This document shows positions 62,419 to 64,000 of a stretch of DNA of 64,000 bases, piece after piece; the first letter of the stretch is position 1; each line of letters opens with the position of its first letter. Origin of the DNA: an uncultured virus (IMG/VR IMGVR_UViG_3300040946_000488). Lineage: Duplodnaviria; Heunggongvirae; Uroviricota; Caudoviricetes. The notes under the pieces were generated by a model. It did no database searches. It was given only the letters and a program-made list of their open reading frames with translations, and was not told the origin of the DNA. A program made the translations under genes and the position numbers. The stretch is from the IMG/VR virus record IMGVR_UViG_3300040946_000488; one strand, written 5' to 3'.

Positions 62419-62490
62419 AGCGAGGGACGGAACTCGGATCCGCATGATCTTCCTTGGGAAGGAAGCGCCTAACCTCTCAGCCACCCTCGC
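62419..62490 (-). tRNA. tRNA-Gly(CCC)
   Basis: Loop TT-CCC-AA. Confidence 0.85.
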
Positions 62491-62631
62491 AAACTGGCGA
62501 TGCCGGAACGGATTGAGCGCGTAGATCGGTCGCGGTGACCCGCTGGCTCGCCAGATCCTGGCCGGTAGAGCCGGCGACGATGCTCGTGATCAAGGAGCAT
62601 GATGTCTCGCCGGACGAGCGACTAGGTTTTG

Positions 62632-62702
62632 AGGCAGGAGCGGGAATCGAACCCGCGGTTGCAGTTTTGCAGACTGCCAGCTTGCCACTTGCCGATCCTG
62701 CC
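62632..62702 (-). tRNA. tRNA-Cys(GCA)
   Basis: Loop CT-GCA-AA, U73. Confidence 0.9.
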
Positions 62703-63121
62703 ATTTCACGTCCACAGATCCGGATCCAACCTCCACCGGCCCCTCCCCTGCTTGGGGGAGCGATCCATCCCGAGGCCGCATGCCCCCCGCGCGACCTTGG
62801 GACGACCGGGAGTCTTCTTGCTGCAATGATGGCACCTCCATTCCCCATCCTTCCTCATGCCCAGATTCCTGGTGAGGAACCTGGAAGGCCACTTCCACCT
62901 CTCATGAGGACACACATCCCAGAACCTCCTCACCATCCACTTCACATAGTTCTCGTCTCGCCTTCGTCTCTCTCCGCGATCCATGTTTGAGCCTTTCCCT
63001 GGCCCGCCCCTCTTCGGGGCTGACTAGGGAATGCCCTGCCCGTGCCTTCCTTCATGACGATTTCACCTCAATGTAAAGGGGCTTTAGATGATTGACCATG
63101 GATAGCAGTTTGGTCAATTCT

Positions 63122-63955
63122 TTACGGAGAGAGCGGAACTGCTAGGTTGAAGAACTCACTCTGCGTATTGGGTAGGATCAGCCGTCGGTCCTGCGGTACG
63201 CCCTTCCATCGCTCCTTCCTCTTGGGCTTGTAGAACACTAGGAAGTAGGAATGGCTCTTTCGAGCGTGTGCCTGTTGGAGTATCCGACTGACTCCGGGGC
63301 GCCCGTTGCGCATGACAACGAAGAGATCCTCTGCCACGAATCCGTAGGTCGCCAATTCGTTGATGATTTCTACGTGTGTGAGGCGCTGGACGTTGGCGCA
63401 AACTTCATCCTGGCACTTGACGATGTAGATGCCACCCGCACGAAGCACCCGCCTAGCTTCCCGCGCTGCGGAGAAGTAGAGATCAAGAACCGCCTCGTGG
63501 TACTTGAGTTCCGACTGCGCTTGGTTGTTGCGATAGTAGTTCTCGAAGTTCTGATGTCTGTCGTGCGCTCCCTTCCCTGGCGTGTGCATGTACGGCGGAT
63601 CGAATACAACGCAGTCGATGGAGCCGTCGTCGTACGGCAGCTTTCGGCAGTCGACCCCATGCATGAGATCCGAGGGAAGCAACCTGTACGCACCGGACGG
63701 GATCTTGCGCCAAAACACGCCTTTCCCGTACGTTACGTCTGCGACAGTGCTGCCTTTGGCGACGAACAGAACCATCACCTGGGGGAACACGTCGTCGTTG
63801 TTGCCAACATACGAACTAAAGACGAGATCGTTGGTCGCGATGCCATCCGGTGCCTTCCGCTTCTTCTTCACCGGCGTCTCGCCTGTCGACGGGATGTCCG
63901 GAGATACCACGGGTTCGATGGAAATGAGATCGCGCAGCATCGTGGTCTGTTTCAT
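63122..63955 (-). CDS. DNA amino-methyltransferase (DPPY type)
   Basis: [30 protein letters not shown]. Confidence 0.85.
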   Translation of the reverse strand: MKQTTMLRDLISIEPVVSPDIPSTGETPVKKKRKAPDGIATNDLVFSSYVGNNDDVFPQVMVLFVAKGSTVADVTYGKGVFWRKIPSGAYRLLPSDLMHGVDCRKLPYDDGSIDCVVFDPPYMHTPGKGAHDRHQNFENYYRNNQAQSELKYHEAVLDLYFSAAREARRVLRAGGIYIVKCQDEVCANVQRLTHVEIINELATYGFVAEDLFVVMRNGRPGVSRILQQAHARKSHSYFLVFYKPKRKERWKGVPQDRRLILPNTQSEFFNLAVPLSP

Positions 63956-64000
63956 GTCGCACCTGTCTTCTACGACGATTCCTTCGCGGGATGCTGCCCC

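Overview
GC-rich, densely coded segment that looks like part of a large phage or phage-plasmid genome. No capsid, tail or terminase genes are visible in this window, so that identity is inferred. The likely host is a myxobacterium (Myxococcota), judging from SspB-like, TPR, lipoprotein and sigma70-r4 genes and an ANDN...AA tmRNA tag. Genes run on the minus strand over 1-39.8 kb, on the plus strand over 40.2-52.8 kb, and mostly on the minus strand after that. Replication and nucleotide genes include a PolB-type exonuclease, an HD hydrolase, a Dda/RecD-like helicase, a protein-primed-type PolB, MazG, a HerA-like ATPase, SSB-like paralogues, an SNF2 helicase, ParB and a TSCPD protein. Three inteins are present, in PolB, a glycosyltransferase and SNF2; the SNF2 one is class 3 and starts with Asp. 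Three mobile elements each split a gene that can be restored in frame: a 597-bp transposase-less cassette carrying an MT-A70 methylase, an IS607 (tnpA/tnpB), and an IS1595 carrying a Dcm plus GIY-YIG pair. The right end holds a translation island: 27 tRNAs (several atypical), a tmRNA, a Pth2-like gene with possible recoding signals and two tRNA-like RNAs. A conserved TTGACA-CYTCGTTC promoter motif recurs seven times. All family assignments come from motif recognition by eye, not database searches.
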